In this document: one piece after another, positions 51,887-56,317 of the stretch
How positions within the stretch are numbered: position 1 is the stretch's first letter
Layout of the letters: each line of letters begins with the position of its first letter
Assembly: GCA_009602725.1 (NCBI GenBank)
Contig: WELB01000010.1
Span: 698,535-754,851, forward strand
DNA length: 56,317 nucleotides
Source of the DNA: Spirogloea muscicola
Lineage: Eukaryota
Direction of reading: 5' to 3'
Made by a program: the position numbers and the translations under genes
The notes under the pieces: generated by a model
Database searches by the model: none
Seen by the model: only the letters and a program-made list of their open reading frames with translations
What the model was told of the DNA's origin: nothing

Positions 51887-52409
51887 CGCACGGTGCGCAC
51901 GAAATGGAAGTGCGGCCAATTCAGTAAACAATACATGTTAGATGAAAGCGTCAATCAGAAAGGAAGCAACGCAGCTTTGTCCGCGCCTTTTTCCTTTATT
52001 TGCGCCTTCCGGCCATTTCAGACCTCCTTCATTCTGTCTCTGGGCTGGCCTCTCACAGTCAATCTGGCCGCGCTTGCTGCTCTCACAGCCATTGCCTTTC
52101 GTCTACAGAGCTACTTCTTCTCCTTGGCTGTCCTCTCAGATTGCTGTCAATCTGGAAGAGCTGTTTCTCACAGCCGTCGCCTTACTTCGCAATAGCGATT
52201 TCTTCTTTTTATTGAGCTACTTTACCTGAAAGGCAGGGCAGCGAACGGCCAGAGCCCACAGAAGAAAGACAACGCAATGATGACACGGCTGAGCTCTGGC
52301 ATGAGAAATAACGAGCAGACCCGGCTGCTGATACCAGGGAGCAACTGTGAAAGTCAGCCGTATCTTTACAAGAGAGGAGGTGCGGTGTGCTCATGACATA
52401 TAAGGAAGT

Positions 52410-53480
52410 GGAGTGTGTATTAAGAGATGGATGGCCTGTGTGGCCAAGTACATAGGCACGCACATTGACAGATGTGCGTCACATGCTGCTAAGCTGACCC
52501 GCTCAGTAACCACGAGTCAGCACATAGAGGTCACAGACTGATGCCCGAATACCGGACGGCAATTGACAAGCTGTTGTGTTAGCAGCTAAGGCTCGACCAG
52601 CTTTCTGATGCAACGCATGAGCCTCAGCTCGCTGCAGACAAGCTGATACTCGTCGTCGCAAGAATGACAAGTAGGCTGCCGGCATGCCCATCTGAGCTGA
52701 AAGCATATCCTCACGTCGAGCATATCCCAGACTTGTAACATTCTCAAGTAGGGTATGAAAGCGAGGACCCATGCAGCCGAGAGTGTCAATTGCGGCCGGT
52801 AGGAGGTGATCACTGCGGGGGTAGTCAGATTAGTGTACGAGCTTTCTCTGCTCTGCACCTCCCACTGCGTGACCAGCAGTGTGAGTCGATGCGAAACTCT
52901 TGTAAGCATTAGTCACAACCACATCAACCAAGGCTTGTGGGCCTCCGCTAGGTTGTACACCCACAATGTCCAGGGTGTGACAGTGATGGCGTCCCTGAGC
53001 ATCCATGGTGATGGGCATTATATTGCTCATGATGGGCATTATATTGCTCACTTCCACAATGGCGCGGTAAACGGCAATGTGCATCAGGTCGCCAGGGCGT
53101 CCTGTAGGAGATTATGAACGCCCACCACTCCAGGGGGTCCTTCAGGACACCGCAGCATGTGGGTAGCGAGGTCTCCGCCCTCCGAACGGAAGCCGCACTC
53201 ACACTGATTTACTCCGATCAGGCAGGTCGGGGCAGGCCAACGAACAGCTAGAGAAGCGTCCGGAATGCTTCGGGGCTGATTTGAAAGCGTTGTGGATGGC
53301 GTGCGATGTGAGCCAGTCGGTTGCCCCAGGTGTTGCGAGCGATGTGAGACGTGCCAGACTCCTTGGGTTGGTCCTGTTATCTGGCAGCGTCCTCAACATC
53401 TTGCGACGCTCGTCCTCAACTGCAGCAACGAGTCTGGCCTGTGCCGCTTTGTCTGGTGCTTGGGCAATCGCTGAGAAGCA
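52410..53480 (-). mobile_element. CRE-like retrotransposon 3' ~1.07 kb fragment, degenerate
   Basis: QAPDKAAQARLVAAVEDERRK...ARLTSLATPGATDWL...CECG..HMLRC...TLDIVG...LVDVVV...RRRVSACLQRAEAHAL...DLYVLTRGY*. Confidence 0.88.
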
Positions 53481-53529
53481 GCCCTGAAGGCAGGCAAGGG
53501 CGGCACCCTGATGGCCCTGCAACGATGGC

Positions 53530-54990
53530 AGGAAGAAGGTGCACAATGCGTGTACAGGGAGGCCAAGCTGAGCCAACACTCTCTTCATGCATCAGGCAAT
53601 AGATATGTAAATCGCGGGTCTACAGAAGGCGAAGCCCTAGGCTGGGAGGGGCTGAGGAGAAGGCGTGATGTGCATGAACCTGAAGGGAGGTCAAGCAAGC
53701 CAGTACACTATGTAAGACGAAAGAAGTCTGACGGGGCTTAAGGAAAACAACACGAAACCCACAACTGAATGGCGAAATTAGTTCCCACGAGTGAGCACAT
53801 ACATATCAGGCAGACTCATCTGGGGCGCCGGAGAACCAGCCCGCAAGGAAGAGAAAGCAGGGCGGAAGCACGGTTGGAAGGGGCTTTAGGTCGTCACCAA
53901 GAGCAGAAAAATGAGGACGAAGCAGAAATAGTGAAATTCCCAGTTGCGCATTGCATCTGCGTGCCGGTTGCACTTTGGCTGCAGTCTTTGGCTATAGCCA
54001 GGAGACCCGCCACCTAGAGACTAGTTTCTCTGACCTGCGGCTTCTAAACAGGGAATATTGAGTGCTTCGTGGCCACCTGCGTCGCTGTGTGCTTTAGCGC
54101 TTTCCTGGCCCCGTTTCTATTCTTTCTTCTGGGCTGGCCACTCACAGCTATTACCATCTACTGGAAAGAGTCTTTCTTTCTCCCCAAAAAGGCAACGTTC
54201 GGAATGGCCGGAACGCGCTTAATCAGAAGAAGTAGCTCCTCAAATGGGGCGAGAGAGCTAAGACAAGCCAGCCTACAAAGGAATGAACTAGGTCTGAAGG
54301 CCCCTGGAAGAAGAAAAGGCACACGGTGCGCACGAAGTGAAAGGTAGGCCAAAGCAAGCCAGTACACAGTTTCCCCAGAGGGGCTAAGAAAAGCATAGAA
54401 AGAGCAGCTCTTCCAAAGAGGGCGAGGGCTGTAATAGTACAGCTCATTCGAGTGAACAAGGTCATAAATACGTAGATATCGGGAAGAGTGTCTGCTCAGT
54501 AAGCCCCGGTTCAGCAGCCGCATGTAGGACAAAGTAGTAGCATAAAGAAAAACAAATCGCTTCGGAAGTATAGCCATGAGGAATGAACAAAGTATCAAAA
54601 AGCCGGAAGGTGCGAGCTTACGAAAGCTACACTACGTGACATCTGTTATGGGACGATCGATAACCTGTAGTCAAGAAATGCAGATGGGAGTAAGTAGAGA
54701 GGAAAAGCGGTAAAGCGTCGCCCTGTCGCAAAGAAAGACAGTGCTCTCCTAAGAAGGTAGGGGCTGGGAAAGGCCGGCCCAGAGAGAAAAGACAAGGTCC
54801 AAAGAACCGGAAGGCGCCTTAAACCACACAGCTCGACACGTGACTGGCAAATGGAAGCTTAGTGACCAAAAGCAGAGAGGAAACAGGAAGAGCGAGAGAG
54901 AGAGGAGGAAGGGCTCGCCTATAGAGGATATGGGCTGGAAAAGGCCAGCCTAACAAAGAATGAAGGGGCCTGGGAGAAGGGGCCAGGGAA
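53530..54990. mobile_element. Nest of short CRE-like 3' ends (types B and C)
   Basis: Type C at ~53533, 53657 and 54313; SDLRLLNREY* + type B UTR at 54025-54180 (+); MRLLNRG(Y)* + B at 54405-54525 (-); B at ~54262, 54760 and 54931. Confidence 0.75.
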
Positions 54991-54994
54991 AGAA

Positions 54995-55627
54995 AAAGTT
55001 TCGTGTATTTGAAACAAACGAGGGCCAAATGGCCATGTACAACGGCAAGCACATCTAAAGACCTACATACCCTACAGCAGATTGACCAGCTCAGTAACCA
55101 CGGGTCAAAACATAAAGGTCGCTAATCGAAGCCTGAATACTAGATGGCAGATACGAAGCCCTTCTGCAACCAACCAGAGCTCGCCCAGCTTTCTGGTGCA
55201 AAGCATTAGCCTGAGCACGCTGCAAACAGGCCGAAACTCGTCGTCGCAAGAACAACAAATATGCAGCTGGCAAGCCCATCTCAGCCGGGAACACATCTGC
55301 ATGTCGTGTATAGCCTAGATGGGCAATATTTTGAAGGAGAGTGTGGAAACGAGGACCAAAACAGCCAACGATGTCGGTTGCAGCTGGCAGGAGCTGATCG
55401 CATTGGGGGTTGATCGGCGTAGTGCTGCAGCTTTCCTTGTTCTGCACTGCCCACTGCGTGGCCAGCGATGTCCGTCGATGCTGGTCTTTTATAGGCCTCC
55501 GCGACAACAACATCGACCAAGGCCCGTGGTCCTCCACCAGGTTGCACGCCCACATGTCAAGTGTGCGGCGATGATGAACTCCCTAGGCATCCGTGGTGAT
55601 AGGCATAATGTTGTTCACTTCCACGAC
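54995..55627 (-). mobile_element. CRE-like retrotransposon 3' fragment (RLE + type A UTR)
   Basis: ALVDVVVAEAY...AGHAVGSAEQGKLQHYADQP...RRRVSACLQRAQANAL...SDLYVLTRGY*. Confidence 0.87.
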
Positions 55628-56317
55628 CGCCGGTGCAAGTGGTCAAGCCATTGCCAAATTCCTCGATGGCGAGGGGAGCGTGAATCTCATCCCCCGCTGT
55701 CCGCTGACCACCCGTTGGGTGGTCAGCATACTTGACGTCCTTGCCACGGGCGGCGCCAGCAACCGCAAGCCCGGCATGTCGTAGTCGGAAGTGCGTAGAA
55801 GAGAACGTAAGGCAATGGCTGTGAGAGGCCCTCAATCCCAAAGGAATGTTCAAGGTCTGAGGACGATAGACTATTTCAGAACAGGGCGATGGCTGCAATT
55901 GACCAGCCCAGAAAAAGAGTGAACAAGGGCCCTGTCAGCGGAAATGGAGTGGAGGAGAACGGTACTGGTGGAGAGGGTGAGCGGTTAGCGAGCGTGGCCA
56001 GATTAACTGGTGGCTGGGAGAGGCCAGCCCAAAAGAATTAGCTAGGCAAGGGGGGTTGGGTTGGAGCATCGGCGGTTCTCGGACCGAAGGGGACTGAGGG
56101 GGGGGGTGCCCAGGTGGAGAAGGCCCCCCATCACTAGGCGAGCATCTCGGAAAGGTCCACATGCGCCGCCACGCGGGCGGGGACGGGGGTTCCCGGCGGC
56201 GCCACGCGGCGGGCACCTGCGGCAGCGCCCGCCGAGGGGGAGGCGGGGCGCGATCTGCGGCGGGAGATACGGGCTGGGCCGACGTGGCACGGGGCCCGCC
56301 CCCCCGCTGGGTGGCCG

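Noticed and set aside
43018..55790. Autonomous retrotransposon
   Set aside because: No RT motifs (QG..., YxDD) were found in any frame; all copies are truncated and frameshifted.

Overview
Eukaryotic, intron-rich nuclear DNA. It most likely comes from a streptophyte green alga or early-diverging plant relative; this is inferred from plant-type STP, JMJ22-like, APR-B and plastid YgfZ genes. Fourteen genes can be assembled, 13 of them spliced: STP hexose transporter (partial), REV1, ENTH protein, TRAPPC4, ubiquitin-RPS27a, F-box/JmjC, DUF4188, TTC33-like TPR, FeS-free APS reductase (APR-B type), a class I SAM methyltransferase, an orphan tandem-RRM gene, RPA12, YgfZ/COG0354 and a single-exon LYR protein. 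The most striking feature is intergenic. The DNA on the promoter side of almost every gene is tiled with dozens (roughly 60-70 by eye) of 5'-truncated copies of CRE-like non-LTR retrotransposons (restriction-like endonuclease type). Three apparently different short repeat types all turn out to be 3' UTRs following the same ORF terminus (SDLxxLxRGY*). They end in TTCT rather than poly(A). Several carry 8-11 bp target-site duplications starting with (T)TCT, and they nest into each other. They are absent from the four convergent gene junctions. No reverse transcriptase domain is present in the window. Exon boundaries were assigned by eye and are approximate.
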